Below, piece by piece: positions 53,526 through 61,086 of a DNA stretch of 64,000 nucleotides. Numbering within the stretch: position 1 is the stretch's first letter; every line of letters begins with the position of its first letter. This DNA comes from Polyangiales bacterium (GTDB lineage Bacteria > Myxococcota_A > Polyangia > Polyangiales > Houyiibacteriaceae). The notes beneath the pieces are model-generated. The model did no database searches. It saw only the letters and a program-made list of their open reading frames with translations, and was not told the DNA's origin. Both the position numbers and the translations under genes were made by a program. The stretch covers positions 12,541-76,540 of the forward strand of contig JBGCFM010000074.1 of assembly GCA_045106895.1 (NCBI GenBank). Direction: 5' to 3'.

Positions 53526-54908
53526 ATGACAGCCGCCGTTCTTTCACTCCACACCACGCCCTCACCGGCGGAACTCGAAGCGGAGCTTGCGCAGCTTTCG
53601 GCGCGCATTGACGCGGCTACGCACCGGCAGCTCACGCTGATTCGCGCCATCGACGAGGCGGAGATCTGGGCTGCTCAGGGTGCGCGAAGTTGCGCGGCTT
53701 GGCTTGGCTGGCGCATTGGTCTTGGGGCTGGCTCGGCGCGTGAGCGGGTTCGGGTGGCGCGTGCGCTGAGCGCGTTGCCGCTCATCGACGCGGCGATGAG
53801 CGAGGGACGCGTGAGTTTCTCGAAGGCGCGGGCTTTGACGCGCGTAGCGACACCGGAGAACGAAGGCGACCTGCTGAACGTGGCGCTTGCGTCGACGGCG
53901 GCGCAGCTGGAGCGCATCTGCAGCGGACTGAAATGTGCGCAGGCGGGCGGGGCTAAGGACGCTGATTGCCAGGCTCTTCGACGGGGCGTGCAGGTACGAG
54001 CGATGGCCGATGGAACGCATGAGGTGCGGGCGCGGCTGCACGCGGATGAGGCAGCCCTGGTGGTGGAGGTGCTGCATCGCGTTCGCGAGGGGCTTGCACA
54101 GGAGCATGCTGTCGGCGCTGTAGGCGATACGGCCGATGACTCGGTTCCGAACGCGCCTCTTCCGAACTTGGCGGATGCGCTGGTTCGAATGGTCCAATCG
54201 GGGCCCGCGCAGCTTCGGCGGGTGCAGGGCGTGGACACGTCAATCGCGGCGGCCAACGACGACGAAGCCGTCACCTTCGCCGCGCCGCGGGAGGTGGTGG
54301 TGCACCTGGATCGCGACATGCTCGGGGACTTTGCTGCCACCCTCGACGATGGCAGCCGCGTTCCCGCGGAGACGTTTCGGCGCGTGGCTTGCGATTGTGC
54401 GCTGCGCTGCACGATGGACGAAGCGAGTGGCGCAGACGGCGGCGGCATCGACGGCGGCGGCATCGATGTAGGTCGGCGCACGCGGAGCATTTCACCAGCG
54501 CTTCGCCGCGCGCTGAGTCGGCGTGATAGCGGCTGCCGCTTTCCGGGGTGCACGTGCCGGCGCTACCTCGACGCGCATCACATCGTGCACTGGGCGCACG
54601 GTGGCGAGACGACGATGGCGAACTTGGTCACGCTCTGCACGTTCCACCATCAGCTCTTGCACGAGGGCGGCTGGCAGGTCCGCGCGGAGGACGGCGACTT
54701 CGTGTTCTCGGATGCGGCGGGGACTGTGCGCTCGGCGCTGCCGGCGACGAGGGCGGCGACGAGGGCGGCGACGAGGGCGGCGACGGGCGATTTGATGGCG
54801 AGCGTTGGGACGCTGCCGACGGATGCGGACCCTACTTTGACCATCGGCTGGGATGGCCGACCGGTGGACTACGCCCACATCGTTCATGTGCTGATGCACC
54901 ACCGCTAG
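53526..54908 (+). CDS. DUF222-HNH endonuclease (13E12-repeat-like family)
   Basis: The N-terminal DUF222-like region has AELEAELAQLSARIDAATHRQLTLIRAIDEAEIW...ARSCAAWLGWRIGL...RVARAL. HNH core: CRFPGCTCRRYLDAHHIVHWAHGGETTMANLVTLCTFHHQLLHEGGW. Confidence 0.8.
   Translation: MTAAVLSLHTTPSPAELEAELAQLSARIDAATHRQLTLIRAIDEAEIWAAQGARSCAAWLGWRIGLGAGSARERVRVARALSALPLIDAAMSEGRVSFSKARALTRVATPENEGDLLNVALASTAAQLERICSGLKCAQAGGAKDADCQALRRGVQVRAMADGTHEVRARLHADEAALVVEVLHRVREGLAQEHAVGAVGDTADDSVPNAPLPNLADALVRMVQSGPAQLRRVQGVDTSIAAANDDEAVTFAAPREVVVHLDRDMLGDFAATLDDGSRVPAETFRRVACDCALRCTMDEASGADGGGIDGGGIDVGRRTRSISPALRRALSRRDSGCRFPGCTCRRYLDAHHIVHWAHGGETTMANLVTLCTFHHQLLHEGGWQVRAEDGDFVFSDAAGTVRSALPATRAATRAATRAATGDLMASVGTLPTDADPTLTIGWDGRPVDYAHIVHVLMHHR
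54744..54787. repeat. 12-nt in-frame tandem repeat x3.5 (GCGACGAGGGCG)
   Basis: It encodes ATRAATRAATRAAT in the HNH protein. A 15-nt x2 repeat (GACGGCGGCGGCATC) lies at 54435-54464. Confidence 0.85.
54840..54894 (+). repeat. Right copy of the imperfect direct repeat (inside the HNH gene 3' end)
   Basis: ACCATCGGCTGGGATGGCCGACCGGTGGACTACGCCCACATCGTTCATGTGCTGA, encoding ...TIGWDGRPVDYAHIVHVL. Confidence 0.7.
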
Positions 54909-56050
54909 GGCGTGGGGCGGAGTACGACCGAGGACCCGGAGTCTGGATCGCGCACTCTCCAGGCGACGGGGGTTTGCGTGACCTCTAGGATGCTGAACTC
55001 GTGGACCACGGTCTTCGGCGGCATGTGCCATGAGCCCGCGGGAAATGTGGTGCCATCCTCGTTAGTGCCGGCGTATTCCGTAGCGGCGATGACTTGGCGG
55101 TTTGAGCCGAGGGCTTCGAGTTCGATGGGCTTGCCGGTGCTTCCGGCCTGATACTCGACACGCACGTGCACCACGCACTGGCGCGCGCATTGAACGTCGA
55201 TGAGTTGAACTCTCGTCCATGGGTTCAGAGCCGCGGGTTCGTTTCCAGGGAGGGCGCCGAGGGTCTCGACCCACCTTTGCTGCGCGCGGGTCTCGCGCGC
55301 TGTCGCCGCCGTCGCGAGACGAAGCTGGCGAGCGACGATCTCTGAGTGCGACCAGCCTACCCACGCCGCGGCGCCGGAAAGCGCACGTTGCACACTTTCG
55401 AGGTCCAGCGGCTGCAGGGGAGAGGCGGCGGTCCCTGGAGCGACACTCTGGAGCGCGTCGAGGCCCTCAAGCGCATCCAGGGCACGATCCGCAGCGGCGA
55501 GAAATGCGCTTGCCCGCGTTTGTGCATCCGCTGCCGGCACGCCGCGACACTCGGCGGACAGCTCCCCGTCTTCTCCCCTCATCGGAAACTGCCTCGCCGT
55601 CATCTCCAGGGAGCCCACATGATCATTCACTGCGATATCTTCGTCGTTCACGGCGAGGCGGATTTCCTGACCCGCATCGAGTCGCAAGTTCGGAACGGAG
55701 TAGAACATCACGTGTCGATTGGGCGGACCGCTCACGCTTACGTTGAGGCCTCCAGGCAGCTCGGCGGCGACGATGAGTTCAGGCGGAATATGGCGCTCTT
55801 GTTGCGGCACTAACGCGGGGTCCCACTGTCTTTGTTCCGACGCGCGGATGCGGCAAATTAGCGTTCCGTGAAAGGGAACCGGTGTGGGGGCAAGCGTTCC
55901 AAAAAGAGGTCCGGCCTCGATCTGAGGAACGCTCGCGCCCCAGGTAGGTTTTGCCGCGAGGTCCGCCAGCGCCGGCTGCGGCACGTCCTCGTCGCATGCG
56001 TTGAGGAGGAGCCCCGCGGCGAACATGAACAGCACGACAACACGGGGCAT
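54905..56050 (-). CDS. Hypothetical lipoprotein
   Basis: The ATG at 56050 gives MPRVVVLFMFAAGLLLNAC, a lipobox. Length 381 aa. I recognised no family. Its stop overlaps the HNH gene's stop (CTAG). Confidence 0.55.
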   Translation of the reverse strand: MPRVVVLFMFAAGLLLNACDEDVPQPALADLAAKPTWGASVPQIEAGPLFGTLAPTPVPFHGTLICRIRASEQRQWDPALVPQQERHIPPELIVAAELPGGLNVSVSGPPNRHVMFYSVPNLRLDAGQEIRLAVNDEDIAVNDHVGSLEMTARQFPMRGEDGELSAECRGVPAADAQTRASAFLAAADRALDALEGLDALQSVAPGTAASPLQPLDLESVQRALSGAAAWVGWSHSEIVARQLRLATAATARETRAQQRWVETLGALPGNEPAALNPWTRVQLIDVQCARQCVVHVRVEYQAGSTGKPIELEALGSNRQVIAATEYAGTNEDGTTFPAGSWHMPPKTVVHEFSILEVTQTPVAWRVRDPDSGSSVVLRPTP

Positions 56051-56115
56051 CGGCAGAGGATGTCGCAGCTGCGTTGAAGGTCGCCTAATCGTCGCAGTCG
56101 CTTCCGTATTCGCAG

Positions 56116-56805
56116 TCAACGCTTTCGCTCTTTTCTCTTCGCGCTCACCGCAACCGCACTCACCGCCTCTTCCGACTCGAGCTTCCCTTCGTTTACCCGC
56201 ACTTCGTTCACCCGCACTTCGCTCACTCGCACTTCGTTCACGCGCACTCCCCGATACCCACCTTGGCCCGCGCGACTCATCCGCGCGTGTCGTGACATGT
56301 CGACGAGCACAGCGACGAGATCATCGGCTTCCGTCGGCAGAAGCTGCATGCCTAGAAGCGTTCGTTTGCCCTTGGTCAGGATGGCGATGTCCGCGAAGTC
56401 TTCGGTTTGGCTGGCGAAGGTCTTGGTCATGACGGCTTCGATGCCAACGACGTCGTCCCAGCGGAAAGAGCGCCGGCGCCACTCGTGGGTGGTGTAGCTC
56501 TTCGCAAAAGAGACAACGTGGGCGTTTCCGGAGATGCGATGCACGGCCCAATAGCGGAGGCGCGCCCACAAAGTGGAGAGCACTCCGAAGACCAAGAGGG
56601 CCATGAGCTGTGGCCCAAGCTCGCCGTAGCCCGCCACTTTCAAGAGCGCGAGAAAGACGAAGAAGAGCACGAAGCCAGCGATATCAGACGGCCTGGTTTG
56701 GTCCGACACCTTGCCCGGCGCGGTCCGAAAATCGAACTCTTCGTCGGCCCACGTGGGCTCTCCATCAAACTGGTCGAAGGGCGTGACCTTCTTGGAGCGA
56801 GACAT
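56116..56805 (-). CDS. Membrane protein with a 2-TM hairpin and a C-terminal pentapeptide repeat
   Basis: Two helices: IAGFVLFFVFLALLKVAGY and LMALLVFGVLSTLWA. The C-terminal repeat is VRVNEVRVSEVRVNEVRVNE. It starts 7 nt after the kinase stop. Confidence 0.55.
   Translation of the reverse strand: MSRSKKVTPFDQFDGEPTWADEEFDFRTAPGKVSDQTRPSDIAGFVLFFVFLALLKVAGYGELGPQLMALLVFGVLSTLWARLRYWAVHRISGNAHVVSFAKSYTTHEWRRRSFRWDDVVGIEAVMTKTFASQTEDFADIAILTKGKRTLLGMQLLPTEADDLVAVLVDMSRHARMSRAGQGGYRGVRVNEVRVSEVRVNEVRVNEGKLESEEAVSAVAVSAKRKERKR
56188..56247. repeat. 15-nt in-frame tandem repeat x4 (TTCGTTCACCCGCAC-like)
   Basis: Read directly. It encodes the (VRVNE)n tract on the minus strand. Confidence 0.85.
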
Positions 56806-56812
56806 TGGGACT

Positions 56813-58408
56813 CTAGTTTCTCAGCCGCTGCGCCAACGCCTCGAGTCGACTTCGCCAAGGCCCTCGTTCGGCCTCCGCCCGCTCTTCGACGCGTTGCGCA
56901 AAACCGGCATCGTAGTGCTGCAGGATGAGGCGCGTGGCCCGGGCGTGCAGCGACTCCGCCGCCGCGATGGTGATGAGGTCTTCGGCGGTCCACTCTTCCC
57001 TCGCTGCGCTCGGGTTGATGGCGAGGGCCGCTTCGTAGCGCTCCATCCCGTCGGTGAGGCTGCGACTCTGAACATAACTACGCGCCAGGAGGAGAAGTGG
57101 GCGGGCGTCGTCGGGCGCGCGCCTCGCACGCACGGCGAGGGAACGCTGCTGCCTGCGGCGCAGTGCGCTTCCGCCGCGCAACTGCCCTCGAATATCCGCG
57201 TAACTCGAGTCGCCATCCCAAATGGAGACATGCTGAGCCTGCGGCTGAACGGGCTCAGGCGCTTCGACGGGAGTCACCCGTTCCGCGTTCGCCACCGCCG
57301 TGGCGCCGGGGGGAATAGGCGTGACCACGTCGGCATCGTCACCGCTCAAAACGAAGGCCGCGCCGAAGGTGAGGGACGCCAAAAGGCCCACGGCGGCGAG
57401 GGCCACTTTTGCCACGGGCACGCTCGCCTGCGGCGCGGATGCCGGCATGGATGATGCGGCGCTTGTTTGGTGGGGCGCCGGAGTGGCGGAACGCTTTTGA
57501 GCGCGCGTCTCCATGGCGCCTCGAGCGCTTGTGGGCTCTTCGATACGCTCTGCGCCCCAGGCAGCGAGCATCTCGTTCGCATCGCTAAAACGAGAGTCCG
57601 GGTCCTTGGACATCGCCTTCGTCACCAGGGCAGCGACCTGTGCGTCGACGCCGCGATCTACCAGCGGAGGCGGCTCTTTCACGAGGTGGGCGCGGAGAAG
57701 CGCGTGGGAGTCTTCGCCGGCGAAGGGGTGCTCGCCACCAAAGAGCTCGTAGAACATCACGCCCAGGGAATATACATCGCTCCGCGCGTCGGTCTTTCCG
57801 CCCGTCGCTTGCTCCGGCGACATATAGGCGGGGGTACCCATGAGGAGGCCGGTCTTCGTGACCTTCGCGCCGCCTTCCACTTGGCGAGCGAGTCCAAAGT
57901 CGAGAACCGTGACGTGCTCGTTCCCGTCGGCGAGGTCGCGGATGACAACATTCTGTGGCTTCAAGTCACGGTGGACCAGGCCGTGCTTGTGCGCGTGACC
58001 AACAGCGAGGAGCAGCTGCTTGCCGATGCTCCGTGCACGAACTCCGGAGAGTCGGCCGCTCTTGTGCGAGGCATCTTCAAGCGCCGCCTCCTTGAGCACC
58101 GCACGGAGCTCTCGGCCCTCGAGGAACTCCATGACGAGGAAGGGCAGGCCTTCTTCGAAACCGTAGTCGAGGACGCTGACGACGTTGGGGTGCGAGAGGC
58201 CGGAGAGCACATTGGCTTCGCGTTCGAAGCGAAGGCGGAAGTCCTCGCTGCCAGCGAGCTCGCCGCGCAGCACTTTCACCGCCACGCTTCGGCCGAGCGC
58301 CACGTGTTCGGCGCGGTAGACGCTGCCCATGCCGCCTTCGCCGAGCTCTGAGTCGACGCGGTAGCGCCCCTGCACCACGGTGCCAATCAAGGTATCTGGG
58401 CCACTCAC
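56813..58408 (-). CDS. Hanks-type Ser/Thr protein kinase with a TM segment and a C-terminal TPR-like region
   Basis: Kinase motifs: LGEGGMGSVYRA, VAVKVL, HRDLKPQNVVI, DFGLAR, YMSPE. TM segment VALAAVGLLASLTFGAAFVL. Confidence 0.9.
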   Translation of the reverse strand: MSGPDTLIGTVVQGRYRVDSELGEGGMGSVYRAEHVALGRSVAVKVLRGELAGSEDFRLRFEREANVLSGLSHPNVVSVLDYGFEEGLPFLVMEFLEGRELRAVLKEAALEDASHKSGRLSGVRARSIGKQLLLAVGHAHKHGLVHRDLKPQNVVIRDLADGNEHVTVLDFGLARQVEGGAKVTKTGLLMGTPAYMSPEQATGGKTDARSDVYSLGVMFYELFGGEHPFAGEDSHALLRAHLVKEPPPLVDRGVDAQVAALVTKAMSKDPDSRFSDANEMLAAWGAERIEEPTSARGAMETRAQKRSATPAPHQTSAASSMPASAPQASVPVAKVALAAVGLLASLTFGAAFVLSGDDADVVTPIPPGATAVANAERVTPVEAPEPVQPQAQHVSIWDGDSSYADIRGQLRGGSALRRRQQRSLAVRARRAPDDARPLLLLARSYVQSRSLTDGMERYEAALAINPSAAREEWTAEDLITIAAAESLHARATRLILQHYDAGFAQRVEERAEAERGPWRSRLEALAQRLRN

Positions 58409-58495
58409 GCAGACATCATCGCACGTTTCCGTGCGACTTTGGCGCTATGCGCGGGCCGTCTTGGCCAAGCGACACGGCTCATGTAGCCTCAATCG

Positions 58496-59191
58496 ATGGC
58501 AGACACGTTGGAGGAGCTGGCGAAGAAGGGCCGAGAGTCCCCTAAATCGGCGGCCAAAAGGGAAACCCGTCGAGAAGAGCGGAACGACGATTTTCGTCGC
58601 TACCTGAGCGAGCGACTTGTCATCAAGACGTTCACCCAAGCGCACGCGACGCGCTGGCTCGTCCCCGCTTTCATCCTCGTGGTTGTTTCCGCCGCCGGCG
58701 CGTGCTCGGTGTTCTTGAAGAGCGAGCAAATGGTGACGGCGTTCATCTCGCTCATTGTCGTCGGAATCATCGGCGGGTTTATTCTCATGCGCATGAGCGA
58801 AAGCGTGGCGGTGCGTGCGGGGACGAAGTGGGTCGCAAGCCTGCCCTTTACGTTCCAGTCGGCGGCCTATCTCGAGGCGCTATCCAAGCCGCGTTCGACG
58901 AGCACGATGACGGTGCGCATCCGCTTTGAGCGCCCGCCTGCCCGCGAAGAGCGGGCGATTTTTGCGGACGCCTGCGCCGGCGCCGTCGAGGTCGCAGAGC
59001 GTGGCTGGAAAGACGACACCTTGTGGGTCCGCACCCCGGGCCTCGCGACGTATTTCCCCGCGCGCAACGATGGAGAGGCGTACTACTCGAACGCGCAGCT
59101 TCACAAGTGGTTTCGCTCCCTCGTAGAGAGTGCGCTGAAGCCCATGCACGCGCGAGCGCCCATCAGTCGAGTGAAGGTGAAGGTCGAATAG
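58496..59191 (+). CDS. Hypothetical membrane protein
   Basis: It starts MADTLEELAKKGRESPKS. Two TM helices: WLVPAFILVVVSAAGACSVFL and VTAFISLIVVGIIGGFILM. The C-terminal domain looks soluble. Confidence 0.55.
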   Translation: MADTLEELAKKGRESPKSAAKRETRREERNDDFRRYLSERLVIKTFTQAHATRWLVPAFILVVVSAAGACSVFLKSEQMVTAFISLIVVGIIGGFILMRMSESVAVRAGTKWVASLPFTFQSAAYLEALSKPRSTSTMTVRIRFERPPAREERAIFADACAGAVEVAERGWKDDTLWVRTPGLATYFPARNDGEAYYSNAQLHKWFRSLVESALKPMHARAPISRVKVKVE

Positions 59192-59515
59192 GACCTGCGA
59201 AGACCGCAATCGTCCAAATTCTACGACTCTACGGCAGTACTGCGTGCGTCTTCTTCGTCCGCGAGCAGGTGTCCCGCGATGGCGGACATCGCGGCTTGGA
59301 ACTTCGCCTCGCGAAAACCGGCGCCGCTGGTGAGCCAGTCCGTATGCGCGGAGTTCGCTTCCCCGTTGAAGTGACCCACGACGTCGAGGTGATCGCCGGA
59401 TACTCCAGCAGCTCGAACCACTTGGCCCGTCTTCCTGCTGAAGCGAGTAGCCGCGCATTTCTTCCCAAGCCTCTACGCGGGAATACACGAGGAACCACCA
59501 CGAGTTCTACAAACC

Positions 59516-60271
59516 ATGACCCGTATTCTCGCGCTCTCGCTCCTTTGGTGTGCGTGTGGGAGCCCAGCGCGCGAAGCGGCGCCCCCTGCCCCTTCACTGG
59601 GCCACGCCGAAACCCAGGAGGCCGTGGCTGCTCAGACTGATGAAGCAGAGGTAGCGGAGGCAGAGGTGGCAGAAGTCGCCGAGACCCGTGAGGTGGCGCT
59701 CGCAGAGGCGGCACCTATGGAGGCCGCGCCGGCGGAGGCAGAGCTCCAAGAACCCGAACCAATGAGCGCGCAGGCTTGCGAGGCGCACGCGTGGCAGGTC
59801 GTTGCGCGCGACCTTGAGCAAACGCTGCGCAACTTTGAGGAGTTGGCAGCGGGCGAGAGGCTCTCACTTCGTACGAGGGCGGAGCGGGAGCGGCGCTGCG
59901 TCCAGCGCGTAATGATCCCGGACCTGGACGGCGACGGGCGCGAAGAGATGGACCTCACCGCGGGTTGCACTTGGAACTGGTCCTGGCCCCACATGATCTT
60001 CCTTTCAACCGGGTGTCGCTACGCAGGTCAGCTGTGGAGCGCCGACAGCCTTCAGTACCTCCCGCGCGCGAACTCCATACCGGACGTGGTGACGCACTCG
60101 CAGAACGGATGCGCAGGTTGGGATTTCGAGGAGTCACGCTACCGTTGGAACGGAACCCGCTACGAAATGTCGGAGCGAGTGATGTGTGACTTCTGCGAAG
60201 ACCCCGGCGCTCCCCCACGTGGACCACAGCCGGCAAGGTGCGATCGAGAGCAACTCAGCGTTCGATGGTGA
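59516..60271 (+). CDS. Hypothetical lipoprotein with an acidic repeat linker
   Basis: MTRILALSLLWCACGS has a lipobox. A linker with EAEVAEAEVAEVAE repeats follows, then a Cys/Trp-rich C-terminal domain with a DLDGDGREEMDL motif. Confidence 0.6.
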   Translation: MTRILALSLLWCACGSPAREAAPPAPSLGHAETQEAVAAQTDEAEVAEAEVAEVAETREVALAEAAPMEAAPAEAELQEPEPMSAQACEAHAWQVVARDLEQTLRNFEELAAGERLSLRTRAERERRCVQRVMIPDLDGDGREEMDLTAGCTWNWSWPHMIFLSTGCRYAGQLWSADSLQYLPRANSIPDVVTHSQNGCAGWDFEESRYRWNGTRYEMSERVMCDFCEDPGAPPRGPQPARCDREQLSVRW

Positions 60272-60350
60272 TGCGCACCGCGGGATGACAAGCGCGAGCG
60301 CTGTCCCGTACGTTGCACTGCCTTCGAGGGGGTATAAGAGTGGACGAGCC

Positions 60351-60692
60351 ATGAACATCCCTTCCGTCGCGCTCTCAAACTCAGCGCGCCGCACGCTTCA
60401 AGCACTCGCGGCCGCGGGTGACGCCGTGACGGCCAAGGGGGAGAGTGACGCCGTGACGGCCAAGGGGGAGCCTGGCGAATCGACACTGCCGGCGAGCCAC
60501 TTCGCTGGAATCTACGGGCAGAGAGGACGGCATCACCCGAGCGCCGCGATGTCCAAAATCCTCGGCGAGGTAGCGTCGAACCTTCGAGACTTCGCTGAGA
60601 CCTCTGTCGCCCTGCTGAGTCTGGAAGATGCGCGCAGCTGGTACCTTCTCTTCGTAGACGCCGAAGAACATGTCCTCGCTGGCTTCTACTAG
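60351..60692 (+). CDS. Hypothetical small protein
   Basis: It starts MNIPSVALSNSARRTLQALAAAGDAVTAKGESDAVTAKGE (from the 27-nt tandem repeat) and ends ...VALLSLEDARSWYLLFVDAEEHVLAGFY. It competes with an antisense ORF. It is in the same frame as the next ORF. Confidence 0.35.
   Translation: MNIPSVALSNSARRTLQALAAAGDAVTAKGESDAVTAKGEPGESTLPASHFAGIYGQRGRHHPSAAMSKILGEVASNLRDFAETSVALLSLEDARSWYLLFVDAEEHVLAGFY
60418..60471. repeat. 27-nt in-frame tandem duplication
   Basis: GTGACGCCGTGACGGCCAAGGGGGAGA occurs twice, with the last base differing. Confidence 0.85.
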
Positions 60693-60734
60693 CCGAAGGC
60701 GACGCAGAATGTTTCCAAGGTCATCCGCGAGTTT

Positions 60735-61070
60735 GTGCGTGGAATCCCCGAACTCCAGCGAGTCGTTGAGAGACGGGCTGAGGAGTGGCTGCCGGAGACC
60801 GTACCGGCGACGGTGCTTCTGGGCGAGTTGGGGTGCACTTTCGTCGTAGACGCGACACCGCAGCTCGCCGCATGTATCTTCGAGCGCGTGGAGAACGTGC
60901 TCCGCGATGGCACATCGTCGGAAAAGGATGCCATCGCGACGGGCTTCCTCGAGGGTGTCGTATCCGCTGTGGACCGCGACCCCGCCGCGGGCTGGGTGGT
61001 AGCCGCGGCCGGTCCCGCCGCGAAGGCGTACATCGACGAATGGAATCGCTTCTGTGGCGTAGAGGTCTGA
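60735..61070 (+). CDS. Small helical protein, immunity-protein-like (tentative)
   Basis: ...IPELQRVVERRAEEWLPETVPATVLLGELGCTFVVD...FERVENVLRDGTSSEKDAIATGFLEGV...AKAYIDEWNRF. Third-position GC is high when counted by eye. The only in-frame start is the GTG at 60735. Confidence 0.5.
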   Translation: MRGIPELQRVVERRAEEWLPETVPATVLLGELGCTFVVDATPQLAACIFERVENVLRDGTSSEKDAIATGFLEGVVSAVDRDPAAGWVVAAAGPAAKAYIDEWNRFCGVEV

Positions 61071-61086
61071 CGACTGCATCGCGCCT

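Noticed and set aside
53562-54553. Minus-strand ORFs 53675..54553 (292 aa) and 53562..54197, opposite the HNH gene.
   Set aside because: The plus strand has clear DUF222-like and HNH motifs. The antisense ORFs are Ser/Arg/Ala-rich artefacts of very high GC.
59229-59714. A 161-aa minus-strand ORF overlapping the start of the lipoprotein gene at 59516.
   Set aside because: It is Pro/Arg-rich. Only a short internal stretch looks protein-like, and that stretch is treated as part of a possible relic (see findings).
44484-60471. The possibility that the short tandem repeats represent a CRISPR array.
   Set aside because: The units are 12-27 nt and directly adjacent, with no unique spacers. They are scattered over different genes and mostly in-frame coding. 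No cas genes are present.
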